NCBI RefSeq assembly: GCF_006345805.1
Contig: NC_043006.1
Span: 13,144,001 to 13,208,000, forward strand
Source: Octopus sinensis
Taxonomy: Eukaryota
DNA length: 64,000 nucleotides
Direction of reading: 5' to 3'
Position numbers and translations under genes: made by a program. Below are positions 38,171 through 51,865 of this stretch, piece after piece (position 1 is the stretch's first letter; each line of letters begins with the position of its first letter). Below the pieces are notes generated by a model. The model was given only the letters and a program-made list of their open reading frames with translations, ran no database searches and was not told the origin of the DNA.

Positions 38171-38694
38171 AAAAACAAAGAGATAGTGCGAAATGAGTGA
38201 AGATTGTTTATTGACAATTTTGCTCATTGGAATTTGACGGTAAATAAAACGGTTTAAATTTTTGGTTGCTAAATTTCAAGTATAAAAATTGACAAATTGA
38301 CAGTATGATACAAAAATCATATTAGAGTAATGTGAAGATAATTTCTATCATACTGGTATGTTCAAAGGCATGTGAAATAGTTGAACCAACTATCAATTTT
38401 TTTTTTATTAAAACAATAATGGCTGCGTCGGCAGAGGTGAAAGCAGATTCTCAAAGAAACAAGAAGGACGATACTATTTTACACCTGTAAAACGTGGACA
38501 CCATTCTTTCTATTTTCTTTTACGTCACATTAAACTTCGCTGAAGAGATCATATAAGACTGGAAAATGTCCATGGTTGTTGCTGTGTATTCTATATCAAA
38601 TTATCCTCCGAAGCATAGTTCGGATTTTCACTTTATAATATTTAGAAAATTGGTGCACTAGATCATTTTTAATATATATGCATATATATAATAT

Positions 38695-38725
<31 letters not shown>

Positions 38726-38736
38726 CTATATATATC

Positions 38737-38770
<34 letters not shown>

Positions 38771-39117
38771 ATAAAGTATATGCATGTATGTATGTATGTA
38801 TGATTATGTATCAGTATAATTACTAGCAGAAAACTGACTGATGGGTGATATTTGTTCGTATACCTATGATATACAGGTATCTCATAATATTGGCGATCGT
38901 AAACATCCATGAAAATTTATGACTGCAAAACTCATCACCTTATTTTACTGTATGTAACTACATAGATTTTTACTGAAATAATGGGAAAAGGCTATCATGT
39001 TAGTTCAGCACGTGCTCTGAAGAACTATGCAGGAACTGAAAGACAAAGTGGAATAGGCAGATAGAAAGAGAGCGTGAAAAGAGAGGAAGAATTGTCTATA
39101 GACCATATATAGAAAAA

Positions 39118-39534
39118 TGGATCTTTTCGGTTTGAACGGCAGTTTTTAACATAATTTCTAGGCAACTAAAAAATTTTAAACTTCGTATACTAGTAGAATG
39201 TGTTTATAAAACATCTTTTTCTCTTGGCTTTATTGAGAAAATTCTATAGTTTGTAAGATATTTGTTGTTTTTTTCTTCAATTTCTGCAATTTCAACCAAT
39301 CACTGACGTATTTGAGGTAAAAAAACATTATGTGCCGTATGAATATGTTCCTCGTTTAAGAAACAGATTGAGTTTATTTACATTTCTGAAAGAAAAAAAA
39401 AGATACCCTTCCCCCCACCCCTAACCCTAAAATAGATTGAAATGCAATAGATCGATACTAGGGTCATAATTAAGGGTGACAATTTCATATGACATCGCTA
39501 GTAAAAAAACTGCCGTTCAAACCGAAAAGATCCA
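39118..39534. mobile_element. MITE with perfect 30-bp TIRs
   Basis: tggatcttttcggtttgaacggcagttttt (39118-39147) vs 39505-39534; gaaaaa on both flanks. Confidence 0.9.
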
Positions 39535-39879
39535 GAAAAAGTGTGCATTGGAGAGCTAACACATGCTTCGTCAACCACAAGAAATACTAGTGAAAATTTT
39601 CACATATACACAACCAGCTTTAAAATCGCATATATTCCACAAATCAGTAAGTGATATTAAAACAAAGGGGCAGTGATATTTGAAACGGCTTCCATCAGAT
39701 TCGGTTTGATTGCGAATAATAACAACAAGGTTTACTTCGAGGCAACGCTGGAACTCAGAGAGGCAACCTAATTATAGTAATCGTCCTTATTCTCTTGCAG
39801 ATGTAAAATGGAAAAGTACTTGGCGAAACAAAAATCAAAAAACACGATGCGAGATACGAGAACTGTTGACATTTTATTA

Positions 39880-40029
39880 ATACATACATACATACACACG
39901 CACATACACACAAACACACGCACAAGCACACACACGCACATGCACGCACACACACACATGCACGCACACACACATGCACGCGCACACACATATATATAAT
40001 TATATACATATATGTATATATGTATTTGT

Positions 40030-40064
<35 letters not shown>

Positions 40065-40071
40065 CATATAC

Positions 40072-40105
<34 letters not shown>

Positions 40106-40312
40106 ATACATATATACATATATATATATACATATATACACATATATATATGTATACATATATACATACATATACACATACATACACACACATATGTATA
40201 ATTATATATATACATGTATATATGTATTTGTATATATATATGTATATATATATAAGTGCATATAGACATAGATATGTATGTATAGGTGTGTGTATATATA
40301 TATGTGTGTGTG

Positions 40313-40350
<38 letters not shown>

Positions 40351-40351
40351 T

Positions 40352-40390
<39 letters not shown>
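39880..40390. repeat. Compound (CA)n/(TA)n/(TG)n microsatellite
   Basis: Visible. Confidence 0.9.
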
Positions 40391-40704
40391 CATTCATAGA
40401 TACATATATATTTCTGCTGCCAATATGTATGCACAGGCCCCTATCATTTATGTAATTTTCATGGCCAGCAGAGAACAGCAGAAGGTGGGCGGTTTTTGCT
40501 GCCCGTATATTTGACGTTAAGCTGTCAAACTTGGTTGGGGGAAGGATTTAGGTTGACACACTTGGAAAGGAACTGAGGAGATGGGGCCACTATTAGCAGC
40601 TTGATCACGCACCTTATAATCCTGTCACTGACACGGTCAGAATAATATGCATGATACCGAAATTATATATATATATATGTGTGTATATATTTTTGTGCGC
40701 ATAC

Positions 40705-41462
40705 GTGTATGTATGTATTTATACGTGTGTATGTATGTATGTATGTATGTGTGTGTGTGTGTATGTGTGTATGTATGTATGTATGTATGTATGTATGTAT
40801 GTATGTATGTATGTGTGTGTGTATGTATGTATGTATGTGTGTATGTGTGTATGTATGTATGTATGTGTGTATGTATGTGTGTGTATGTATGTATGTATGT
40901 GTGTATGTGTGTGTATGTATGTATGTATGTGTGTGTATGTATGTATGTATGTATGTATGTATGCATGTATGTATGTATGTCTGTGTGTATGTATGTATGT
41001 ATGTGTGTATGCATGTATGTATGTATGTATGTATGTATGTATGTATGTATATGTGTGTATGTATGTATGTATGTATGATGTATGTATGTATGTATGTGTG
41101 TGTGTATGTATATATGTATGTATGTATGTATGTGTGTATGTATGTAGGTATGTGGATGTATGTATGTATGTATGTATGTATGTATTGTGTGTATGTATGT
41201 AGTCTGTATGTATGTATGTATGTATGTATGTGTGTGTATGTATGTATGTATGTATGTATGTATGTATGTATGTATGTATATGTGTGTATGTATGTATGTA
41301 TGTATGTATGTATGTATGTGTGTGTATGTATGTATGTATGTATGTATGTATTTATGTATGTATGTATGTATGTGTATGTATGTATGTATGTGTGTATGTA
41401 TGTGTATGTATGTATGTATGTGTGTATGTATGTATGTGTGTATGTGTGTATGTATGTATGTA
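40705..41462. repeat. ~760-bp (GTAT)n/(GT)n microsatellite
   Basis: Visible; source of the longest spurious ORFs. Confidence 0.95.
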
Positions 41463-42252
41463 CACGCACACATTTATATGAAAATAACTGGATATATATA
41501 TATTTATAAATATATACAAATATATATTCATGTATACAAATGTAGTAGTTCTATATATGTATATATACATATGCATATATACATATATTCATGCCTGCAT
41601 CTCTGCGTGCATCTATGCATGTAGGCATGTATGCATGTATGTATGTATGTAGTATGCATGTATGTATGTATGTGTGCATGTATGTATGTATGTATGTATG
41701 TATCTATGTATCTATGTATGTATGTATGTATTATGTATGTATGTATGTATGTATGTATGTATGTATGCATGTGTGTATGTATTTATGTATCTATGTATGT
41801 ATGTGTGTATGTATGTATGTATGTATGTATGTACGTACGCATGCAATCTTCAGGTATGTTTAACTAGTATAAAATCAACTTTGGATTTCTTGTCACCATA
41901 ATCTTTCATGCAGGAATTTTTCCTACTTTCCTATAATCTTATAGATTACGTACATACGTACATACATACATACACATACATACATACATACATACATACA
42001 TACATACATACATACATACATACATACGCACGTACCTATGTACTTATGTACGTATTGAAATCTGAGGCGTTTAGGATGTAAACATACCTATATGCATATC
42101 TGTAAGATACGAAATTCGCATGTTGCATAGGTGCGTATATTCGTGCAGTTAAATACATATATTGCATTTCAGTAACGACACCTGAATTCTATATAAATCA
42201 CTGCCTTCTATAGTCGCTCCACTAACATCTTTAACGATATACATATACATAC

Positions 42253-42285
<33 letters not shown>

Positions 42286-42344
42286 ATTATATACATATAT
42301 ATATAAGTATGTATGCATATAATATATATTATATATATATAATT

Positions 42345-42414
<70 letters not shown>

Positions 42415-42747
42415 ATAGTGTATATTACTTATGCTTACTGGCATATCACACGTGACCTAAATTGCTTTATGCGATATACATCTATGTACATTCTCTATGA
42501 GACGTGTATACTTATTCACATTCACGCATTAATAATATATACTTACACACACATATGCCTTTTGTGTGCATAAATATATATACATATATATGCACACATA
42601 TATATATGTGTGTGTGTGTAAATATATATACATATACATATATATACATATATATATATACATATATACTTATACATATATATATAGACAGATATATATA
42701 TATATATATATATATATATCTATATATATAACATATATATATATATA

Positions 42748-42842
<95 letters not shown>

Positions 42843-43221
42843 GTACATGCATACATGCATACAGATAGCATTTGATAGTAATTGGTATTGATTTTTTACG
42901 TATTATTTAATTTCAGAACGATACAGATTTAGTTAAAATAACTTACCTACTTAGTCTTCAGCGAATCAAGAGTCTGTATTAAATAAATGACGGACGACGT
43001 TATGTCTATTCACACACTCTTTATCCTAAGTGCATTATATCTAGGTCTTTAGATGTATGTGACTTCATTTACTTGTCACCCATATCGAGGAGAAAAGATA
43101 TAATCAAAACCTTGGGAATGTTACAGAAGGGAGGGAAAATCAATGAATTCATTTTGAAATAGTGTATATTGCAAAGAGTGTTTCTCGCTTCAAACTAATA
43201 CAGCTATACAAAATTTCACAG

Positions 43222-43519
43222 TCGCCATGATAGATCGGTAGCCACTACACACCTTTTTTTCTTTCCTTGTTTCTCTCCTTGCTTTTTTTTTTCGGTATCC
43301 CTTTCTGTAGAAGAGCGTAGGCTCGAAACGTAAAAGACGTTTTCAATTCCTGAGTGTTATACATACATACATACATACATACATACAAACATACGTACGT
43401 ACGTACCTATGTACTTATGTACGTATTGAAATGTAAGGCGTTTAGGATGTAAACATACCTATCTGTTTGTTTTGTATACCACCTGTCTACGTCTTTTGTC
43501 TTTTTTGTGAACTCTCCCT
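43222..43519 (+). mobile_element. Family A element carrying a ~100-bp insertion copied from 42.0 kb
   Basis: Colinear with 1582-1772 except 43363-43462; hammerhead-like motif 43300-43338. Confidence 0.75.
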
Positions 43520-43743
43520 ATATATATATACCTTATGGTATTTGCAAAGGGAGGTCATCCCTCTCTCGTCAAAAAAAAAAAAGACTTCCCTTTGCAAATG
43601 CCATAAGGGCACAGAAAGTGTGCTTAAAGCCAGCTGGAGACGATGATCTCCTGGGGCTAAAAGCTACAGTAACACCCACCCTTAGTGGTTAGCCATATTG
43701 AGATGGATAGTATACTTATATATTATAAGTTATCTATATATAT

Positions 43744-43778
<35 letters not shown>

Positions 43779-43779
43779 C

Positions 43780-43812
<33 letters not shown>

Positions 43813-44216
43813 ATATATATATGCGCGAGAGAGAGAGAGAGAGAGTAGACTAAAGAATTCACAGGCTGACTAATATACTCTCATGGGATGTGGTCAAATG
43901 AGATTCACTTTTCATCATAGTCCCCCTTGCAGTCCACAGACGTCTCCCATTGGTGTTGCAGTGCTTAGATCCCATTGGTGATGAGGCTTCCATCCTGTTA
44001 GTCAAAAAGGTCATCAACAGCGTGTCACCATCGCTGTAATAGGGCTGTTCAAGTTGGGAAAATCAGAATAGAGAAATTGATCAACCAAGTTAAAGCCACA
44101 GTCACGCATGCATCTACTGAAAGCAAGGACTTGTGTGCTGAAGCATTGTTCTTATGAAACAGGACCCCTTTCATCAGTTTTTCCTGGGCGTTTGGTCTTG
44201 ATAACCATTCGTATCT

Positions 44217-44851
44217 TATTTCTTTATTGCCCACAAGCGGCTAAACATAGAAGGGACACAAAAGGACAGACAAACGGATTAAGTCGATTATATCGACCCC
44301 AGTACGTAGCTGGTACTTAATCTATCGACCCCGAAAGGATGAAAGGCAAAGTCGACCTCGGCGGAATTTGAACTCAGAACATAACGGCATACGAAATACC
44401 TATTTCTTTATTACCCACAGGGGGCTAAACACAGAGTGGACAAACAAGGACAGACATAGGTATTAAGTCGATTACATCGACCCCCAGTGCATAACTGGTA
44501 CTTATTTAATCGACCCCGAAAGGATGAAAGGCAAAGTCGACCTTGGCGGAATTTGAACTCTGAACGTAACGGGAGACGAAATACGGCTACGCATTTCGCC
44601 CGGCCTGCTAACGTTTCTGCCAGCTCGCCGGCATACGAAATGCCTATTTCTTTATTACCCACAAGTGGCTAAACACAGAGCGGACAAACAACGACAGACA
44701 TAGGTATTAAGTCGATTACATCGACCCCAGTGCATAGCTGGTACTTAATTTATCGACCCCGAAAGGATGAAAGGCAAAGTCGACCTCGGTGGAATTTGAA
44801 CTCAGAACGTAACGGCATACGAAATACCGCTAAGCATTTCGCCCGGCGTGC
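44217..44851 (-). mobile_element. SINE trimer inside mariner, 15-bp TSD
   Basis: Junctions 44400/44401 and 44644/44645; taaccattcgtatct at 44202-44216 and 44852-44866. Confidence 0.9.
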
Positions 44852-45267
44852 TAACCATTCGTATCTGTCTCAGGAAGTTGGCATAGCACCGTCCATTGGT
44901 GAAGATGTCAATTAACACGATACCTTTCACATCTCGAAACACTGAGGCCATCACCTTCCCTGCAGATGAGACAACCTTGGTCTTCTTTGCGGCTGGCGAG
45001 GAGGCGTGTCTTCATTGTATGGAATACCTCTTTGTCCTTGGCTCAAAGTGATGAATCCAACACCTATCTTGACTTGGGAAACGTTCAAGGAAACCAGCTC
45101 CATCTGCTTCAAACAACGTCAGATTTTCCCATGATGTGATCAACCTGGTGCACATTTATCAAGCGTTACAAGATGTGGTGGCCACCGACCGGAAAATTTA
45201 GACATGCTAAGTTCATTGTGCAGAATGTTCTCAACTCTCTCGCACGAGCTATGCTAACGGTACTAGC

Positions 45268-45495
45268 TGGCGAGCTGGCAGAAACGTTAGCACGCCGGGC
45301 GAAATGCTTAGCGGTATTTCGTCTGCGTTACGTTGTGAGTTCAAATTCCGCCGAGGTCGACTTTGCCTTTCATCCTTTCGGGGTCGATAAATAAAGTACC
45401 AGTTACGAACTGGGGTCGATGTAATCGACTTAATACCTATGTCTGTCGTTGTTTGTCCCCTCTGTGTTTAGCCCCTTGTGGGTAGTAAAGAAATA
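45268..45495 (+). mobile_element. Full-length SINE monomer inside mariner
   Basis: Complete head, box B and tail ending aaagaaata; imperfect TSD ggtactagc/ggtattggc. Confidence 0.9.
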
Positions 45496-45953
45496 GGTAT
45501 TGGCGATTTGATACATGGTCAATCGCCTGTCATCTATCACTAAGTGGGGAAGGCGTTCAATGTTTTCCTCGGTGGTAATTTTACATCTTCAGAGCTTATC
45601 TTCCGACCTCTTTTCGTGATGAACACTAAACTTATTCATCTCAAACTGCATTCCAATATACTTGCTGAATATTCTTGCTGTTTGGATTAGAAAATCCAGG
45701 CCTTTTTTTCCATATTTCGTGTATACTTTGAGGTCATCCATGTATATTTTATTCGTACTTTCGTTTAAGTAAACTCATAGGCAAACTTGAATTTTTTCAG
45801 TACACTTGTGGAAGGGACTATTAAATAATGGCGAAGAGTAATAGAGGCAGTGAGCCCTCCCTGGAATATACTCCTGCGTACTTGCACGTTTCCTAACGAT
45901 ACACTTGCGCATGTTGGTTGGCACTATCATTCTCAATATTATTACAATCACTT

Positions 45954-45984
<31 letters not shown>

Positions 45985-46031
45985 CAGCAGCAGTAGTAGC
46001 AGTAGTAGCAGCAGCAGTAGTAGTAGTAGTA

Positions 46032-46069
<38 letters not shown>

Positions 46070-46087
46070 TAGTAGTAGTAGTACAAA

Positions 46088-46326
46088 AGGCGGCGAGCTA
46101 GCAGAATCGTTAGCACTCCGGCGGGCGAAATGCTCAGCGGTATTTCGACCTGCCGCTACGTTCTGAGTTCAAATTCCGCCGGGGTCGACTTTGCCTTTCA
46201 TCCGTTCGGGGTCGATAAATTAAGTACCAGTTACGCACTGGGGGTCGATGTAATCGACTTAATCCGTTTGTCTGTCGTTGTTTGTACCCCTCTGTGTGTA
46301 GCCCCTTGTGGGCTGTAAAGAAATAA
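46088..46326 (+). mobile_element. Full-length SINE monomer inserted in (TAG)n
   Basis: ggcggcgagctagcagaatcg...aaagaaata; (TAG)n on both sides. Confidence 0.9.
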
Positions 46327-46329
46327 GTG

Positions 46330-46373
<44 letters not shown>

Positions 46374-46380
46374 GGTGGTG

Positions 46381-46444
<64 letters not shown>

Positions 46445-46852
46445 CCGCAGCAGCAGCAGGGGAGGAGAGGCGTGGCGGAGTATAGTTATTGCTCTCGTTA
46501 TCATCATATTGGCATCTATTGCAGTGTTCCTCACTGCATCTCCATCCCTATTTTTGCACTTATGTACAGACCATGCATCCATGTATTTATCACTTGTCTA
46601 AAGAAACGAGAGACGTAACATCTGGCCATAACTGTAAGAAGAAAATCAATGCCACGTATATGAGTTTGTGTATGTATGCATATAGATATATGCATACATA
46701 TATATGAATATAAATACATACATACATATACATGAACATATGTGTGTGTACGTGTTTGCGTGTATTTATGTCTGTGTGTAACTATAAATATATATGTGTG
46801 TGTGTGTGTATGTATGTATCTGTATATATGTATATGTATATATGTATATATA

Positions 46853-46894
<42 letters not shown>

Positions 46895-47578
46895 GTGTGT
46901 GGTGTGTGTGTGTGTGTATAAATACATATATATATAGATATATATATATATGTATGTATATATATATATACATATATATATGTATTTAATATATATACAT
47001 ACATATATATACATGTATACATCTATGTTAAACATGCATACACACATACTTAGTTCGAATTGATTCGGAACACTAAGAGTGAAATTAATTCGTCGATGCT
47101 TAAGAAAACCAAGATCATGATACGAAACCAGTTTTGAAAATCTTCAGCAGTTACAATTGAATCTTTCTTCGATTGAATAGCGCAGGTAATTATCAACAGT
47201 AGTCCAGTGAAACCCAACCTTCCTAAGTAGCTTCCTTATCTCTTACCCACTGCCCTCACTCCCCTCTTAATCTCCCATGCACTATGTGTGTTTCATTGTT
47301 ACTTAAACCTTTCATTGTATAAAACTACTTGATAATGCTATTCACAGTCTAACCAGTAGAGTTTGCAATCCGTATTTATCTCACGCTATTTTATATTATT
47401 ATAAACACACACTATATATGTTTATATGTTGATAAAATTATTTTATCTTCAATTTTACGATAGTTATACGATTTATCTCAATTTTTTGTCCCATTTTGTG
47501 ACTATTAGTTGAAATTATGACACCAGAACTTCTGTGCTGTATGCGCGAGTGTGTGTGTGTATGTGTGTATATGTATAC

Positions 47579-47609
<31 letters not shown>

Positions 47610-47827
47610 TGTGTGTGTATGTATACGTGTGTGTGTGTGTGTGTGTGTGTGTGTATTAATTTTTACAAGGAAAAGGTTTACAGTGACTTAGAAATGTATG
47701 CAGGTATGCATGTAATATATTGTATGAATATATATTTTCTATGTATACGTGTATATATATATGCATATATGTGCCTGTGTATATATTCTAGTTTTGTATG
47801 TGTGTATGTATTATTGTATGTATGTGA

Positions 47828-47875
<48 letters not shown>

Positions 47876-48050
47876 CGGGAAAGTTTACGAAAATAAACAA
47901 AAGACGAAGGCAGGCGGAGTACAAAGAAACAAATGTATTAGTATAGCGCTCAGGAATAGACATAGAAAAAGTCTTTTACGCTCTTCGACAGAAAGATACA
48001 CAGAAAAAAAACAAGGAGAGAAACAAGGAGAGAGAAAAATTCGTGTAGGA
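47876..48050 (-). mobile_element. Family A element with 13-bp deletion in the hammerhead
   Basis: gtcttttacg|ctcttcgacag lacks tttcgagcctacg; core reads CTGTCGA. Confidence 0.7.
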
Positions 48051-48744
48051 GATAGGTCTGTACATATGTGCGTATATATGAATATATGCATATACATGTG
48101 TATGTAGTGTATGTATCCATGTATATGCGTGTATGTGTGTGTGCGTGTGTGTGTGTATGTATTGTATTATCCATATGCAGGTATATATACGTCTTCATGC
48201 GTGTATCTTCGTGCTTGCGTTTATCTTTCTCCGCTTCACAACAAGTGTTGGTTTACTTACGTCCCGTAATATAGTGTTTAGGCCCATAGCGTACGAAACC
48301 ACCAGCTTTGGTGACCCTAACTAAGAGTGCAAACGAACTGTTTTTAATGAACCATCAGCACTGTTAATTTTTTTCTTTGGCTGGCGGGGGGCGGTCAGTT
48401 CGTTTCTTTATGTTAAAGATCGATTTCATCATCACATTAATTATATTTCTATTTGTCGTACTATTGAACTTTTCAAATTTATTCTCTGCAATTTTGATAT
48501 GCCGACAGCACCATGCTTTGATGTTCGTTTCTCGACACAGAATATAATTACTACATTTAAAAATACATTTGCGTTGTATCAGAAAAAAATATATAAATAC
48601 ACAGTTTTATCGCAATATCATTTATACTACTCTACAATATCTTACAAGTATTTGTTTAGTCAGGTACAAGGCCAGGTTAGCATTAGCAAGATCGATTGTA
48701 TAGTCCATTCAATTAGCCTCCGTATCTTTTATCTATTACTTATT

Positions 48745-49165
48745 CCAGTCATTGGATGACGGTCATACTGGAACATCACCTTGAAGAATTTAGTCGAACA
48801 AATCGACTCCAGGACGCTCTTTTTTAAGTTTGATACTTCTATCGGTTACTTTGGTCGAACCGCTATGTTACGGGGACATTAACAAACCAACAATGGTTGT
48901 CAAGCGGTGGGGCTGGACAAACACAAATACATATACACGCACGCACACACACACACACACACACACACGCACATACGCACACGCATATATAGTTATGCGT
49001 ATCATATATACATGACGGGTTTCCACACAGTTTCCGTCTACCAGATTCACTTACAAGGCATTGGTCAGCCTTGTAGCTATAGAAGAAAACACTTATTCAA
49101 CGTGACGTACAGTAAGACTGAACCTGAAACCACATGGTTTCAAAACGGATTTCTTAACCCTACAG
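48745..49165 (-). mobile_element. Long SINE with internal (CA)n
   Basis: Matches 2050-2905 family. Confidence 0.8.
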
Positions 49166-49214
49166 CCACCCCTCGTAGTATTTTACACCCTCTGGAAAAA
49201 TAGAACAAATATTC

Positions 49215-49392
49215 GTTTCTACTCTAGGCCCAAGGCCCGAAATTTTGAGAGAGGAAGCCAGTCGATTAGATCGGCCCAAGTACGCAACTGTTACTTTATT
49301 TATCGACCCCGAAAGGATGAAAGGCAAAGTCGACCTCGGCGGAATTTGAACTTAGAACGTTGCAGCAGACGAAATACCGCTAAGCATTTCTC
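49215..49392 (-). mobile_element. SINE with alternative tail
   Basis: cgacctcggcggaatttgaac; tail like 13787-13990. Confidence 0.8.
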
Positions 49393-49459
49393 CCGGAGTG
49401 CTGTAGTATTACAACGAGATGGGGGTGGGGTTTATCAGTGGTTTTGACTATGGTGTGGA

Positions 49460-49637
49460 AATATTTTCTCTTGACAACCTGTGTCGATGTGATTATGCCT
49501 CCGTAGCTTATCGGTTCGACAAAAGAATCGATAGAATAAGTACCATACTGGGGTCGATTAATTCAACTAAAAATTCTTCGAGGCCGTGCCCCAGCATGGG
49601 CGCTGTCTAATGACTGAAACAAGTAAATTATAAAAGA
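49460..49637 (+). mobile_element. 3' part of long SINE
   Basis: gatagaataagtacc...ccagcatgg...tgactgaaacaagtaaa. Confidence 0.65.
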
Positions 49638-50159
49638 TGCGCATCTAAACATCAAACAATAAAGCCGCGATAATAAGAGCTCAACAAATAACAGGTCGTT
49701 AAACGCGAACGACCTCCTTACATTAAAGGAAATGCAAGTGGAACCGACTTACATGTATAGCCATATTCAGCGGAAACGATATTTAGGAGCATTATATTTA
49801 GCATAAAATCAGAGAGGTATAAATTTCACATATAGTTCTCACTTTAATTTTGCTCAACAGCTGTTTCATTACGATAAGTATCATTAAACGTATTATTACT
49901 TGATTGGGATACACAATTATTTTAAATCAAATCAATTTAAATTAAGCAAAATTCAAAGCAGTGTTTACCAATTGTTATAAAACCAATTCAGTGCGAATGT
50001 AGTTATGTTAATCAGAAAACTGTGACTGATTATTGCCATTATATTCACCTTATCAAACCAGTAAACATTCTCTCTCTTTCTCTCTCTGTCCATCTCTCTC
50101 TCTCTGTCCCGCTATCTCTCTGTCTTTCTTTCTCTATCTATCTATCTTTTTTCTTTCAG

Positions 50160-50235
<76 letters not shown>

Positions 50236-50836
50236 GATCAATACTTCTTCCCAGAACGGTAACCCTTTCTCCATCCTCACAACATAAATTTTTTTCCACT
50301 GTTTGAACTTTTTGCACAGTCGAAGCTATGTTTACTTTGAAATCTTTCTCTGACATTCTATTTTTCAAGTCCGAAGATATTATTGGTCGCAGATAAGGTC
50401 ATCATCTTGCTATTATTGCTATCAATAAAGGTCATCATTATAGTTCAAGGTTATTGAATAGTTTGTCGAGATATTTGATCCATTTAGATAACCTTTCCAA
50501 GCTGTGTAGCAACCTGTTACTTCATATTGAACTTCTATCATCAATTTTCGAAAAATATACCTTACTTTGCTTGTTCCTTCTTTTTCTTTTTTCCATTTTG
50601 TAAATAACTGCTCCATCGGTAATTACAATACAAGCGCTTAGATGTCTACATTTATGAGATGAGCTATAACAAGATAGGTAAGGATTTATCGTGCTATCTA
50701 CATTATTTTATGCGTTCTCATTTACATCAGAGAATATTTCTAGTTTCTAGCACCATATTGTCTGTTCATCTGCAGGCACCATATTTCGTATAGGAATTTT
50801 GCCTTTATATCAATGCCATGTTTCAGAGTGTTTGTA

Positions 50837-50882
<46 letters not shown>

Positions 50883-51633
50883 TGTGTGTGTGTGTCTTTG
50901 TGCTTTTTTTTTCTACCCAATGCAACGTATAAGCGTAAAAGCAAATAAAGAATATATCGATTCAGATCTTATATAAATATAAAAAAAAAAGCATTGTGCA
51001 AATACGAGATCAATGGAAATAAGAATGAGGTACGAACAATTCTAACGTTTCCCTTTAGACGCATGAATCACAATAGTATTTTCAACAATCAGTCTATTAG
51101 ATCAATAACAGTTCCAATCATATATGTTGATGTGTCCTTTCTCTGTCTCTTCTAATGCTTCTAAAATTACCTCGCTTCCTTTAAAATGGATAACTGCAGA
51201 GCTTCTCTATCCAACCAACATATTCGACACATCTCCCTTCTATCGATCATTCCTACTGTGCATCATTACCCGGCTCCAATCTTCACTACGAACTCTTCTC
51301 ACCCAAAAAAAAAAACCATTTTTTTAAAAATCTCATCCAGTCCACAATTATTTATCAGCATTAATCTTCAAATCGTCTGAATTTAACATAAGAACATTTC
51401 TTCCATTTCTCTGTTGTATGTTCATCCTTACCATAAAGTAGAGATAGCCGGAGATAATAATCTATAATCAACTCGGTTGATCAATCGCCAACCTGTTCCA
51501 AACATACAGAGGATAGTGACAATGAACGAGAAATATTGAGATATATACCTCTGGCATATTCAGTCGATCTTTCAAGAGACAAAAAGAACTTCTGTGATAA
51601 AGCTAGTACAAACCCCAAACACAACAAAATACC

Positions 51634-51865
51634 CATTTCTTTACTACCCAGAAGGGGCTAAACATAGAATGGACAAACAAGGACAGACAAACGATTAAGT
51701 CGATTATATCGACCCCAGTGCGTAACTGGTCCTTAATTTATCGAACCCGAAAGGATGAAAGGCAAAGTCGACCTCGGCGGAATTTGAACTCAGAACGTAA
51801 CGACAGACGAAATACCGCTAAGCATTTCGCCCGGTATGCTAACGTTTCTGCCAGCTCGCCGCCTT
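51634..51865 (-). mobile_element. Full-length SINE monomer, 16-bp TSD
   Basis: aacacaacaaaatacc at 51618-51633 and 51866-51881. Confidence 0.9.

Larger units (their letters stand above)
43845..45810 (-). pseudogene. Near full-length degenerate mariner interrupted by two SINE insertions
   Basis: TTEENIERL...DDRRLT..QIA, ENILHNEL, SAGKVMASVF, KGVLFHKNNASAH, NGI*ALQHQW...KGDYDEK; end coordinates approximate. Confidence 0.8.

Noticed and set aside
39418-39430. Telomeric repeat
   Set aside because: Only two hexamers, internal to a MITE
40637-41624. Long ORFs (up to 278 aa) rich in Y/I/H/T/C/V/M, and similar ORFs across the window
   Set aside because: They are translations of (GTAT)n, (TA)n, (CA)n, (GATA)n and (ATT)n microsatellites, open in several frames on both strands
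45268-45360. tRNA genes in SINE heads
   Set aside because: Box A/B-like motifs are present, but there is no complete cloverleaf and each continues into a SINE body
47050-47240. Minus-strand frame with an in-frame TGA (CNC*RFSK) ending at a GTATGT donor; possible exon or selenocysteine
   Set aside because: No good acceptor, no recognisable protein, no SECIS evidence
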